Source of the DNA: Ranitomeya imitator
Lineage: Eukaryota
Assembly: GCF_032444005.1 (NCBI RefSeq)
Contig: NC_091283.1
Coordinates: forward strand, 62,744,001 to 62,808,000
Length of the DNA stretch: 64,000 bases
Direction: 5' to 3'
Shown here: piece after piece, positions 33,429 through 45,547 of the stretch
How the letters are laid out: every line of letters starts with the position of its first letter
Position numbering within the stretch: the stretch's first letter is position 1
Translations under genes and position numbers: made by a program
The notes under the pieces: generated by a model
The model's database searches: none
What the model was told of the DNA's origin: nothing
Seen by the model: only the letters and a program-made list of their open reading frames with translations

Positions 33429-34382
33429 ATGGCAGATGTGACAACCTACATGGTGAGCTGCAGCATGTGCTACATGTTCACAGATCGACCAGAAGAAGAA
33501 TTAAATTTCACCTGTCAGAAGTGTAGACTAGTGGCCCTTTTAGAAGAAAAGGTGCGGGGTCTGGAAGAAAGAATAGCAACTTTGAAACTCATCAAAGAGA
33601 ATGAAGACTTTCTAGACAGAACAGAAGCATCTCTACTGGTCACAGAAGGTGCAAAAAGTGTCAGAGAACCTCCAAAAGCAGATGAGTGGAAGCATGTGAC
33701 CAAAAGAAGCAAGAAGACCATGGAGAAATCACCAACCACACAACTGAAGAACCGATATCAAATCTTTGTAGAGGATGAAGATGGCACACCTAAGAATGAA
33801 GCAATACCAGCAAGCAAAAAAGAAAAGGGCACACAGCAACAAGTGACAGCAAAAAGTACAGCCAAGAAGCAACGAAGAGTGGTGGTGGTGGGAGACTCAC
33901 TACTGAGAGGCACCGAAGCAGCCATCTGCAGACCGGACATAACTGCAAGAGAAGTATGCTGCCTTCCAGGTGCGATGATCAAGGATGTGACCGATAGGAT
34001 ACCAAAGCTCTTCAGCTCCAAGGACGTCCACCCATTTCTTCTGATACATGTTGGCACCAATGACACGGCAAGGAAGGACCTACCGACAATCTGCAAGGAC
34101 TTTGAAGAGTTGGGGAAGAAAGTAAAGGAACTGGATGCACAGGTAGTTTTTTCTTCTATCCTTCCAGTAGACGGGCATGGCACCAGGAGATGGAACAGGA
34201 TCCTTGATGCAAACAACTGGCTAAGACGATGGTGCAGACAACAAGGATTTGGATTCCTGGACCACGGTGTGAATTACTGGTATGATGGACTCCTCGCCAG
34301 AGACGGACTACACCTCAACAAACCTGGGAAACACACATTCGCCAGAAGACTCGCTACACTCATCAGGAGGGCGTTAAACTAG
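33429..34382 (+). CDS. CR1-B ORF1p: N-terminal CxxC...CxxC zinc finger, coiled coil, SGNH esterase-like domain
   Basis: CSMC...CQKC; LEEKVRGLEERIATL; VVVVGDSLLRG, HVGTND, DGLHLN; ends RRALN*. Confidence 0.92.
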   Translation: MADVTTYMVSCSMCYMFTDRPEEELNFTCQKCRLVALLEEKVRGLEERIATLKLIKENEDFLDRTEASLLVTEGAKSVREPPKADEWKHVTKRSKKTMEKSPTTQLKNRYQIFVEDEDGTPKNEAIPASKKEKGTQQQVTAKSTAKKQRRVVVVGDSLLRGTEAAICRPDITAREVCCLPGAMIKDVTDRIPKLFSSKDVHPFLLIHVGTNDTARKDLPTICKDFEELGKKVKELDAQVVFSSILPVDGHGTRRWNRILDANNWLRRWCRQQGFGFLDHGVNYWYDGLLARDGLHLNKPGKHTFARRLATLIRRALN

Positions 34383-37300
34383 AAGAAGAGGGGACGGGAA
34401 GAAAAACATTAGACTCGAACAAAGACGACCCAGGAAAACATACTCAGAAGGGAGGTAAGAACATTTCTAAAACAATCCACAGTGAGGAGATTGGAACAAA
34501 ACAAAATCCTCTAAACTGCATGCTCGCAAACGCCAGAAGCCTGACAAACAAGATGGAAGAACTAGAAGCAGAAATATCTACAGGTAACTTTGACATAGTG
34601 GGAATAACCGAGACATGGTTAGATGAAAGCTATGACTGGGCAGTTAACTTACAGGGTTACAGTCTGTTTAGAAAGGATCGTAAAAATCGGAGAGGAGGAG
34701 GGGTTTGTCTCTATGTAAAGTCTTGTCTAAAGTCCACTTTAAGGGAGGATATTAGCGAAGGGAATGAGGATGTCGAGTCCATATGGGTTGAAATTCATGG
34801 AGGGAAAAATGGTAACAAAATTCTCATTGGGGTCTGTTACAAACCCCCAAATATAACAGAAAGCATGGAAAGTCTACTTCTAAAGCAGATAGATGAAGCT
34901 GCAACCCATAATGAGGTCCTGGTTATGGGGGACTTTAACTACCCGGATATTAACTGGGAAACAGAAACCTGTGAAACCCATAAAGGCAACAGGTTTCTGC
35001 TAATAACCAAGAAAAATTATCTTTCACAATTGGTGCAGAATCCAACCAGAGGAGCAGCACTTTTAGACCTAATACTATCTAATAGACCTGACAGAATAAC
35101 AAATCTGCAGGTGGTTGGGCATTTAGGAAATAGCGACCACAATATTGTGCAGTTTCACCTGTCTTTCACTAGGGGGACTTGTCAGGGAGTCACAAAAACA
35201 CTGAACTTTAGGAAGGCAAAGTTTGAACAGCTTAGAGATGCCCTTAATCTGGTAGACTGGGACAATATCCTCAGAAATGAGAATACAGATAATAAATGGG
35301 AAATGTTTAAGAACATCCTAAATAGGCAGTGTAAGCGGTTTATACCTTGTGGGAATAAAAGGACTAGAAATAGGAAAAACCCAATGTGGCTAAACAAAGA
35401 AGTAAGACAGGCAATTAACAGTAAAAAGAAAGCATTTGCACTACTAAAGCAGGATGGCACCATTGAAGCTCTAAAAAACTATAGGGAGAAAAATACTTTA
35501 TCTAAAAAACTAATTAAAGCTGCCAAAAAGGAAACAGAGAAGCACATTGCTAAGGAGAGTAAAACTAATCCCAAACTGTTCTTCAACTATATCAATAGTA
35601 AAAGAATAAAAACTGAAAATGTAGGCCCCTTAAAAAATAGTGAGGAAAGAATGGTTGTAGATGACGAGGAAAAAGCTAACATATTAAACACCTTCTTCTC
35701 CACGGTATTCACGGTGGAAAATGAAATGCTAGGTGAAATCCCAAGAAACAATGAAAACCCTATATTAAGGGTCACCAATCTAACCCAAGAAGAGGTGCGA
35801 AACCGGCTAAATAAGATTAAAATAGATAAATCTCCGGGTCCGGATGGCATACACCCACGAGTACTAAGAGAACTAAGTAATGTAATAGATAAACCATTAT
35901 TTCTTATTTTTAGGGACTCTATAGAGACAGGGTCTGTTCCGCAGGATTGGCGCATAGCAAATGTGGTGCCAATATTCAAAAAGGGCTCTAAAAGTGAACC
36001 TGGAAATTATAGGCCAGTAAGTCTAACCTCTATTGTTGGTAAAATATTTGAAGGGTTTCTGAGGGATGTTATTCTGGATTATCTCAATGAGAATAACTGT
36101 TTAACTCCATATCAGCATGGGTTTATGAGAAATCGCTCCTGTCAAACCAATCTAATCAGTTTTTATGAAGAGGTAAGCTATAGGCTGGACCACGGTGAGT
36201 CATTGGACGTGGTATATCTCGATTTTTCCAAAGCGTTTGATACCGTGCCGCACAAGAGGTTGGTACACAAAATGAGAATGCTTGGTCTGGGGGAAAATGT
36301 GTGTAAATGGGTTAGTAACTGGCTTAGTGATAGAAAGCAGAGGGTGGTTATAAATGGTATAGTCTCTAACTGGGTCGCTGTGACCAGTGGGGTACCGCAG
36401 GGGTCAGTATTGGGACCTGTTCTCTTCAACATATTCATTAATGATCTGGTAGAAGGTTTACACAGTAAAATAACGATATTTGCAGATGATACAAAACTAT
36501 GTAAAGCAGTTAATACAAGAGAAGATAGTATTCTGCTACAGATGGATCTGGATAAGTTGGAAACTTGGGCTGAAAGGTGGCAGATGAGGTTTAACAATGA
36601 TAAATGTAAGGTTATACACATGGGAAGAGGGAATCAATATCACCATTACACACTGAACGGGAAACCACTGGGTAAATCTGACAGGGAGAAGGACTTGGGG
36701 ATCCTAGTTAATGATAAACTTACCTGGAGCAGCCAGTGCCAGGCAGCAGCTGCCAAGGCAAACAGGATCATGGGGTGCATTAAAAGAGGTCTGGATACAC
36801 ATGATGAGAGCATTATACTGCCTCTGTACAAATCCCTAGTTAGACCGCACATGGAGTACTGTGTCCAGTTTTGGGCACCGGTGCTCAGGAAGGATATAAT
36901 GGAACTAGAGAGAGTACAAAGGAGGGCAACAAAATTAATAAAGGGGATGGGAGAACTACAATACCCAGATAGATTAGCGAAATTAGGATTATTTAGTCTA
37001 GAAAAAAGACGACTGAGGGGCGATCTAATAACCATGTATAAGTATATAAGGGGACAATACAAATATCTCGCTGAGGATCTGTTTATACCAAGGAAGGTGA
37101 CGGGCACAAGGGGGCATTCTTTGCGTCTGGAGGAGAGAAGGTTTTTCCACCAACATAGAAGAGGATTCTTTACTGTTAGGGCAGTGAGAATCTGGAATTG
37201 CTTGCCTGAGGAGGTGGTGATGGCGAACTCAGTCGAGGGGTTCAAGAGAGGCCTGGATGTCTTCCTGGAGCAGAACAATATTGTATCATACAATTATTAG
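34376..37300 (+). CDS. CR1-B ORF2p (APE endonuclease + RT). The frame is open upstream across the ORF1 stop (shown from 34376); first ATG at 34520
   Basis: 926 aa from the ATG with no stops: NARSLTNK, ITETW, GDFN, SDH, YRPVSLTS, DFSKAFD, QGSVLGP, FADD. Manual translation of 34370-34519 is stop-free. Confidence 0.95.
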   Translation, partial: KLEEEGTGRKTLDSNKDDPGKHTQKGGKNISKTIHSEEIGTKQNPLNCMLANARSLTNKMEELEAEISTGNFDIVGITETWLDESYDWAVNLQGYSLFRKDRKNRRGGGVCLYVKSCLKSTLREDISEGNEDVESIWVEIHGGKNGNKILIGVCYKPPNITESMESLLLKQIDEAATHNEVLVMGDFNYPDINWETETCETHKGNRFLLITKKNYLSQLVQNPTRGAALLDLILSNRPDRITNLQVVGHLGNSDHNIVQFHLSFTRGTCQGVTKTLNFRKAKFEQLRDALNLVDWDNILRNENTDNKWEMFKNILNRQCKRFIPCGNKRTRNRKNPMWLNKEVRQAINSKKKAFALLKQDGTIEALKNYREKNTLSKKLIKAAKKETEKHIAKESKTNPKLFFNYINSKRIKTENVGPLKNSEERMVVDDEEKANILNTFFSTVFTVENEMLGEIPRNNENPILRVTNLTQEEVRNRLNKIKIDKSPGPDGIHPRVLRELSNVIDKPLFLIFRDSIETGSVPQDWRIANVVPIFKKGSKSEPGNYRPVSLTSIVGKIFEGFLRDVILDYLNENNCLTPYQHGFMRNRSCQTNLISFYEEVSYRLDHGESLDVVYLDFSKAFDTVPHKRLVHKMRMLGLGENVCKWVSNWLSDRKQRVVINGIVSNWVAVTSGVPQGSVLGPVLFNIFINDLVEGLHSKITIFADDTKLCKAVNTREDSILLQMDLDKLETWAERWQMRFNNDKCKVIHMGRGNQYHHYTLNGKPLGKSDREKDLGILVNDKLTWSSQCQAAAAKANRIMGCIKRGLDTHDESIILPLYKSLVRPHMEYCVQFWAPVLRKDIMELERVQRRATKLIKGMGELQYPDRLAKLGLFSLEKRRLRGDLITMYKYIRGQYKYLAEDLFIPRKVTGTRGHSLRLEERRFFHQHRRGFFTVRAVRIWNCLPEEVVMANSVEGFKRGLDVFLEQNNIVSYNY

Positions 37301-37889
37301 GTTCTGTAGAAGGACGTAGATCTGGGTATTTATTATGATGGAATATAGGCTGAACTGGATGGACAAATGTCTTTTTTCGGCCTTACTTACTAACTAACTA
37401 ACTAACTAACTAACCTGCGAGACTCGGCCGTATCTCGCTGTGTGTGATCCCGGCCTTACTGTTTTCATCCATCTTACACTTAAATGTCGCAAACAGGAAA
37501 AAACTCCACATAGCATATCCTGAAGAAAGCATCCACTGGCCCCATGGTGATCTAGATGGCTACCCTCTAGATATGTGCTAATCTTTAGAATTCAGATTTT
37601 CCAGCTACAAAAACAAAAATTCAATTTGCAGCTAATTAATTTTCCTCAAATCTCAAGTACTGCGAAGTCTCCAATTGCCCTGAAAGCACATGTATAAGAC
37701 TTTGAGGTCTCCTAGGACTGTATTGAACATTTTTCAAACTATATAATACAAACACAGCCAAGTGACCTCAACATTAATGACTATGGGTAAATGGAAAGTA
37801 GCTGTTTTTCACTGCTATCTGTAATGTTTATTCAGTGTTTTATCACTTTCTCTCCTTATCTACATGGCAAATCTGTGAGCTGTGACTAA

Positions 37890-38470
37890 AGGTACCTTCA
37901 CACTGGCCAACTTAACAACGATATCGCTAGCGATCCGTGACGTTGCAGAATCCTGGATAGCGATAGCGATCTGGATCCTGCTGTGACATCGCTGGTCGGA
38001 GCAGAAAGTCCAGAACTTTATTTCGTCGCTGGATCTCCCGCAGACATCGCTGAATCGGCGTGTGTGACGCCGATTCAGCGATGTCTTCACTGGTAACCAG
38101 GGTAACCATTGGGTTACTAAGCGCAGGCCCGCGCTTAGTAACCCGATGTTTACCCTGGTTACCAGTGTAAATGTAAAAAAAAAAAACACTACATACTTAC
38201 ATTCCGGTGTCTGTCCTCCGGCGCTCTGCTTCTCTGGACTAGCGCCGGCCGGCCGTAAAGCAGAGCACAGCGGTGACGTCACCGCTGTGCTTTCCGGCCG
38301 GCGCTTACACAGTGCAGAGAAGCACAGCGCCGGAGGACAGACACTGGAATGTAAGTATGTACTGTTTTTTTTTTTTATGTTTACGCTGGTAACCAGGGTA
38401 AACATCGGGTTACTAAGCGCGGCCCTGTGTTGTCTAGATCGCTGCAGCGTCGCTAAATGTGACGGTACCT
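37890..38470. mobile_element. Harbinger-like MITE (AGGTACC termini), internally palindromic
   Basis: TAA|AGGTACCTTCACACT ... AATGTGACGGTACCT|TTA. Same family as 57771-58483. Confidence 0.8.
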
Positions 38471-39509
38471 TTACTCTCACTATCCAGATTTTGTACAAAG
38501 TAGCTGCTGCATTCCCTGCATCTGCTTTTATACAGGCTATGATAGTCCTTCCTGTGGTGCCAAATCCTAGGTCATATGCCTTCTCTGGCTTATTTTTTGC
38601 TTTGTGTAAAATGGTGTAGGGCTTTTTTTATATGAAGATTTGCGTCACACAAATTCAACACGAACTATTCGTCTTCTCATCTCCAGTGCCATCATGATCA
38701 ATGTGCCTATTTAGGTTTATTGGACAAAATGTGATATTATAGATTGGATTGACCAGCTGCTGGCTGCTACTCACCGCTACCAAATCCATTCAGCACACCA
38801 GGTATAATAATCAGCTCTTAATTAAACAAAGATACCAAACAAACTCATTTCAGGGCAACTTTGGTGCCATTCACCCACTAGGGTTTTATGGGTTACTTTA
38901 AAAAATGACCTATTACCCCTGATAAAGGAGCCATAGAGCACCAACCTACTGCCAAATACTCGATTGGGTCCCGTATATCTGGACTGGACATTACTTCTAG
39001 GAAGAATACCTCAATACAAACAGCATTCATGTAAGTGTTTTATGTGACATTTATTCACAATGTAAAAAATTAGAGACATTGCATTTTGTTGGTGCAAAAT
39101 AGACCCCTACTCACGATATTGTATTAGAACACTGTACAACTCAAAGGCTGTATAGTATAACGCTGTAACATACCCATGTATGCAACTCTTTACAACTCCT
39201 TACATGACAAGCAGAGGCACGCTTGCTTCACTGCCTGCTGTATAGCCTGGTGTAGGTGAAGATAGCCTTATATTTTTCCATTTTTTGTAATTAGAAAGCA
39301 TGTCAAGAAAGAGACATCCATGAATTAAAAACTCTGACCTGTTCGGTTGATATTCACCCTTTTCTCTTATTCTTTGTGCAATATAGCAAACAACAATATT
39401 GCAACTATATTCAACTTGGTTTCTATCCCATATTATGTCATATTGGCAGCATTTAACCTTCATGTAATGTTATTGAATGTCAGCCATAGATGGCTTCACT
39501 GTAGATTAA

Positions 39510-39928
39510 CGGGGTTGTCCCATCTTTATTATTCAGGAGTATACCAAACCCCTGCTTCCAAGCTTCCTGATGCTGGAGGGGTGAGTGTTCCATATTGATT
39601 GACATTTCAGACTAGTAGCATAGTTGCACAGCTGTTGTGAACTGTGATTTCACTGACAATGCGATATGAGACAGCGTTGTCTCTGCATCATGGAGGCGTG
39701 ATAGTGCACTGAGGTTGGCCATCAATTGGAGCTAATCGTGCGCTCCAGCAATCCTGTCCATCTTCAGAGCAATGCTTACAAGTTCTATTGGAAGGAGCTT
39801 GAAAGCACTGCTCATGTTCACCTACTGGTCCTCTAGTATAGCATGGGAACAGTAGATGAATATATTCTTTTTATTTTTAGACCGTGGGGGATTGTTTTTA
39901 AACAAAGAAAAAGGAGTGGATCATCTCT
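39510..39928. mobile_element. Degenerate T2/Kolobok-like MITE
   Basis: TTAA|CGGGGTTGTCC ... GGATCATCTCT|TTAA. Imperfect termini. Confidence 0.4.
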
Positions 39929-42900
39929 TTAACTTGGGCATCTGCCAAACCAGAGTTACCTACCTGTAGTCAGTACTGGTGTCATTGTTCCGTTCGGAGA
40001 TTTGATCCGATGACCTGTTGCTTCATGGTTGGTTCTTCTCTACGCAGAGCTATTGCCCTTTTCTTCCCTGTCCAAGTGTAGATTGTTCCTATTGTCTTTA
40101 TTCTCCTTTGTTGGTTTACTCCTCTCCAGGTGTTGTTCATTTTTCCATTTTGGTTTGCCCTATCACATTCTGGGTTGGGCTTTATATATCATCCCTTCAC
40201 TGTACTTCCTTGCTGGCTATACTTCTAGGTAGATTTGTGCTAAGGAGTTCCAGCACTTCAGTTATAGGATTTTCCTTGCTAGACAAAAAATTTCATAATC
40301 TTGCTGAGTGTCTGTTGGTCTACCTTCCCAGTACCTTTTCCTTTTACCACAGCTAGGATCCTGGGAGGCTATTCTTGTTTAATTTATTTTTGGTTCTCTT
40401 TAGTTTTCCATCTCTCCCCTTTAAGAATGTGTTTTAAGTTTTATCACCCTAGGTCTTAGTGTCCAACTGCACACTTTCCTCTGCCCTTTGTTAGGTGTGT
40501 TTAGCGGCCTCCCTTCTGATTCCTCAGGAGGTACAAGGAACCCCTTGACGGCCCATTAGGGAATCATATCCAAGGTGGTGTTTTTAGTTGTGCAGGTAGG
40601 GATTGTCCAGTCTGTACAGGTGCCAGTAGAGTGTGGGTGCGGCTTCTCTCTGTAATAGGTCTTTCTTATTCCTTTTACCCGTGTGTGAGTGTGTCACGTT
40701 CATAACAATTGGTCTTAAAATTGGTGTTTCTCATCAGTACAGAGCAGATTTGTGAGAATATTAATTTGTCCTGACAAGAAAAAAGAAATTAGAAATTGTG
40801 CCGTCTACAGATTGGTATCCCTAGTATCAGGTTATGTTTCCAGACTGGGACATTATCAAAAATAGATGTCTCTGGATTTGGTGGGACCTTACTTTCACTT
40901 CAAGACTTTTGAAAAAATCAGTTGAAAATCTGTACAAGTGAAGTTTCCTTCCTTTAGCATGGGAACCCCATATTCTTGTCGCAACCTTGTGGAGTAAGGG
41001 CATGCTAGAAGCCACATAAGGTGGAGTTATGGCTCTAATCCTATGAATATTTGATAGTGGTCACTTAAAAATGTGACCTTAACTTGCATAATGAAAGTAT
41101 AGGATGAAATGAGATTGATGGTTTGTTATGACAGATCATGGAACACTATTGGCAGGTTAAATATTTAGAACTGTTCATGTACAACTAAGGCTCTGTAATA
41201 GCAGATGTCAATAAGATGCATTCGGGAATGAGTTTAGGAATTTGTTTGACATAGTCATGTATTGTTGGAGAGCATAAAATCACTTTAAGTACAAAGATCA
41301 GATAGTAATTGTAAAATGCTGCAAAAAAAAGCTGATTTTTGTAGCGTTTATTAAGCATTTTTGGACCTGCAGAGCACTGCGACCACATGCTTGATGGTAA
41401 CCAATAGAATATGTGTTTTATTTATGGCTTTTGCAGCATTGTTGGTAAAGGTGCCATTTTTCACTCATGTTCGGGGTGTGGTGTTTTGCTGGTGTTTCTC
41501 AACTACAGATCAGTTTAAAGAAAAAAAATACATTTTGGACAAGTTTTTGTGTGCTTTTTTTGTGTGCCATTTTTGTGTGCCTTTTTTAACACACAAAATA
41601 ACACACAGTGCTATATACGAAAGAGGTCTAAACATTTTTTTTTCCACAATTAAACTTTTTGTCATACTAGTTTGATGTTAATCCACAGCTAGGTGCTACC
41701 ATAACTGCCTGTAAGGTTGAATACACACATGGCCGATGTGTCGCTGAACTTTTTGTATGTCTCCCATTTATCTCAAAATTCAAATTCTATATTCTTTAAC
41801 AATTGTTCTAGTCATTGTACATATCTCATGGAAGGCACTCTCCTCCAGTGTTCTCTATGCCATGGTATCAGGTTTGAATGGATACTCTGACCCGATGTCT
41901 AAATGCATATTTAGGGGTTGGGAATGGGACATGGATGGGAATAACCTGCTAGAAAAGGGGATTTGCATATCCAAATAAAAATTTGCAAGCACACAGTGCA
42001 TCTGGAACTCCTTAATGTCCCAAAAAAGCATTGGCAAGTGTGCAATTACTCATACAAAGAGTAAATCAGTATACACTGGGTCTCAAAAACAGTCAGGATC
42101 CTTAATGTCAAGACATACTTCCATCTTATCACCTATTAGTAGGTGGTAAGTTGCTTATTGGTGGGGTGTGACCATTAGGATCATTGAGATCATCACTAAT
42201 CCCAAAAACAGGGCTCCCAATCTAGATGGAGCCATGGTCCAATGGTCAGAGTCATACGCACCACTGCTTTCTTCATTTTCTATGAGACTGATGGAAAAAG
42301 CCAAGCCTTGTATTTGGCTATCTCAGGCATTTTGGTCTGGCCATTGCTTAATTGAGGCAGTACATGGTAGAGTCCCTATTTTCAGGATCACTGCTCAATT
42401 GGGCTCCAATATGTCCTATCTGAATGTAGGGGTGAGTTTTAACCAACATATACAATTCATAAATAATACAATTCACAGATAACACATTGATTTCTATGGG
42501 AGTTGTCAAATGCTTCATTTCTCCTATAATGGCGCTGTAGGAAAATTACGGTACACAATTTCAGCTGGCTTCCTACTAAATTACAGCAGATTGCTAGGGT
42601 TCCCAGCAACAGTACATATTGCAAATTGGTTTATTGTTGCAGATCTCTGCAAGTAAAAGAAATTGTCCTAAGTGAAACTCTCAAAAATTGCGGCTTTAGA
42701 TGTCACGTACCAATTAAAGATTTATCATATTTTGATTAGTAAAAATCACTATGATTTATTTGTCCAGATCTCACCTCCGAATTATCATTGAAGTGCTTCA
42801 TTTAGGCTAAAGCTTCACATAATTGAATTTTAGACAGAAAATGACAGCTGTTGATGTGCTGGAACACCTACATTCTTTTTTCTGAACTGTCTCACACCGA

Positions 42901-45189
42901 GTGTTAAGTGGAAGACCATGCATCGCTCCGAGCTTTTATTTCTCTATCATACTTTGTATGTTATGTTGTGTTAACAGAGCATCTAATGTGACTAAATAGG
43001 ACAACCAGCTTTCCCATAACCATGAAAAATAAATGATTTGTTTCATTCACTCAAGTCAAACTCCCCTCCCCCTTTCCTAAAGATCACTCAGCCCTCCCCC
43101 GTCATAGACACACGCATACACCAACATCCTCTCAAGAGGGCAAATGCCCAAATTCACAAGGTGTAATTAATGCAAGCTTAAGTAAAATTTAGTGGATGAG
43201 GTTGAAACTTGCATTGAAGGGATAGAAAGAGAGGAGGAGATCATTCATGTGCAGAAACTGACCAAGCGGCAGATTACTGTGTTAAATATTAATCATCCCT
43301 GCTTCTGCAATTTCGGCAATGCGTCTGGGTCCACCACTGTTAAATTTTTCATTAACACAATTCACTTCCAACTATACTTCACCTACTCTTCCTTCTTTAT
43401 TCCACATTCCTACTTCAGTCCTGCTCTCTTTTCTGTTCATGTATCGTCAGAGTGTGAATACGAAAACCACATATTCCTTCTTTAAATAACTAAAGCTTTT
43501 ACCCAAGACCTCCGAAAGCTTTATTGCTTTAATAGGATAGGCAAAACACAAGAATGTTGGCCGACTTGAAAACGACATTTCACCTCAATGTTCTACACAA
43601 GGCGTGACTAATGATAGAAAATGTTCTTCTATAAATAGTGTTTCCTTAAAACTCCTTCCGACATGCTGACAACTCTATATACTAAATGTTTCATAAACAA
43701 GATGCAAGCAAAAAGATAGACAATTAATCGGCATTACGCATCTTTTGATTTTGCTCCGTAAGCAGTGTCAGACCAGGTTTACTTGGGTCACCAGAAGAAA
43801 TTATTCTGAGCCCACTGTGTGAGTATCTACTTTTAATATTTGCCAAGCATCATAGAGTATCAATTTCTAACGAGGCATACAATAAGAAATAAACCCCAGG
43901 GGCAAACAATGGGTTTGAAGAGCACCTCGAAATAGGTTTGTCTAGGACTGGACCTTCAGGACCATATGGTATTAAGTTGCCATTCGTTAATGAAGTGGGG
44001 GCAATTTTGAATCAGGCAAATGTAAGGTAAAAATTTCAGGACGGGTTTTTAACTTTTATGTAAAGTCCAAAGGAAAATACTGAGTCTTGGGCACTATTGG
44101 GCAGCACACCAAAACACGTGTCTGCAAATTGAGATTCTTATTTGCTACATCCAATAGGTGGCAACAGAGTTTGAGTCCTCTTCTTTTCTGAAGAGACAAT
44201 TTGCTTATTCACAAGTTTAAAAAGCAAAAAACAAACATACATAAAATTAAAGTTATAAATTTGATTCAGCACCTTTCAACATTAGGCCGATGTCTTTCTC
44301 TATTTTCTTATCTTTTTTCTTTCCCGGCGCAAATTTTTAAAATATACAGACTTGAAAGAAACAGTAGTGAATATCCCTAAAATGCTTTAAAAATGCTTTT
44401 TAAAAACAGTGGCACCATTTTCTGAGGATTAAGAAAATAAAGGACCTTTCTCAGTAGTGCTGCTTGAGAAAAATTCCACTGGATCAGAGATTGAAGTATG
44501 TATGTTGGGTGCAAATTACATCTACTCGTTAGAAGAGACAGGACACTTCGCCGTTGGTCATGTAACACGTAAATGTAATTACACCCACAAAAAGTATCTC
44601 AATGTCCTCTTGGATCTACTGAAGTTTTTTTCCTCAAACTGTGTTTGCCAAGAAAGATCAATTTTTTTCTTAGAAGATTGAAAATTGCTCTTGAATACAC
44701 CCTGATTCATGAAAAGGGCAGGCGGCCACAGACGGAGTGTGTGGGGTATCTAGATAAAGGTAGCACCTCTGGTGGAGGGCTTGCCGTGTCCTTTCTTGAC
44801 AGCTCTTCCTTCTTTGGTACTCATCTGATGCTCAACTCTCACTGGGCCTCTCTGACCTTTCCTGGCGCCTGCGCACTGCAGTACTTTGCTTTGCCCTCAA
44901 CAGGGCAGACAAAGTACGCCTGCACACGAGCCGCAGCAGGAAGAAAGGAAGAGGATATCATCGCATGAAGATGGGAGACGAAGAACCCGGACAGCGTCAC
45001 CCATCGGACCCGAACTGAACGGGACCACCCCTGGGTGAGTATAACATAACCTGGTTTTCTTATCTTTCAGGGTACATCGGGGGCTTATTTACAGCATTAC
45101 AGAATGCTGTAGATAAGCCCCTGATGCCGGTGGCCGCAGCTCATACTCGAATTTTGGGGTGACAGGTTCCCTTTAAATATACTGCAGGC

Positions 45190-45547
45190 AGAGGAGACCG
45201 GAGTTGAGGAACAGTGGACAATTCTGAGAGATGCTGTTTATAATACTGCTCTGGGGCATCTCGGATCAGTATCCAGAAATAATCAAGATTGGTTCGATGA
45301 AAATGACGAGGAAATAAAGACACTCCTAGAAGAGAAACATGAGCAGTACAAGGTGTATCAAAATGACCCCACATCGCTAGCTAAGAAAGATGCCTTTACC
45401 AACATGAAGAGAAAGGTACAGATCAAGCTACGTGAGATGCAGGATAACTGGTTTAGCAGGAAGGCTGATGAAATTCTTGGCTATGCAGATATCCTTGACC
45501 AGAAACTCGTCTATGATGCACTCAAAGCTGTATATGGATCCCAGTCC
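45190..45547 (+). pseudogene. RTE-clade LINE ORF2 internal fragment
   Basis: EEQWTILRDAVY...NQDWFDENDEEIKTLLEEKH...KLREMQDNWFSRKADEILGYAD...YDALKAVYGSQS, which resembles the RTE endonuclease-RT linker. Confidence 0.7.

Larger units (their letters stand above)
33370..37414 (+). mobile_element. CR1-B LINE, coding-intact
   Basis: Complete ORF1 and ORF2, 3' hairpin 37347-37383 and (TAAC)n tail to 37414. Only about 60 nt of 5' leader. Confidence 0.95.
33224..37455. mobile_element. Harbinger-like foldback MITE split by CR1-B (arms 33224-33369 and 37411-37455)
   Basis: TTA TSD at 33221-33223 and 37456-37458. CACAGCGAGATACGGCCGAGTCTCGTAGGTTA is inverted at 37411-37446. Inner hairpin 33274-33369. 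Confidence 0.8.
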
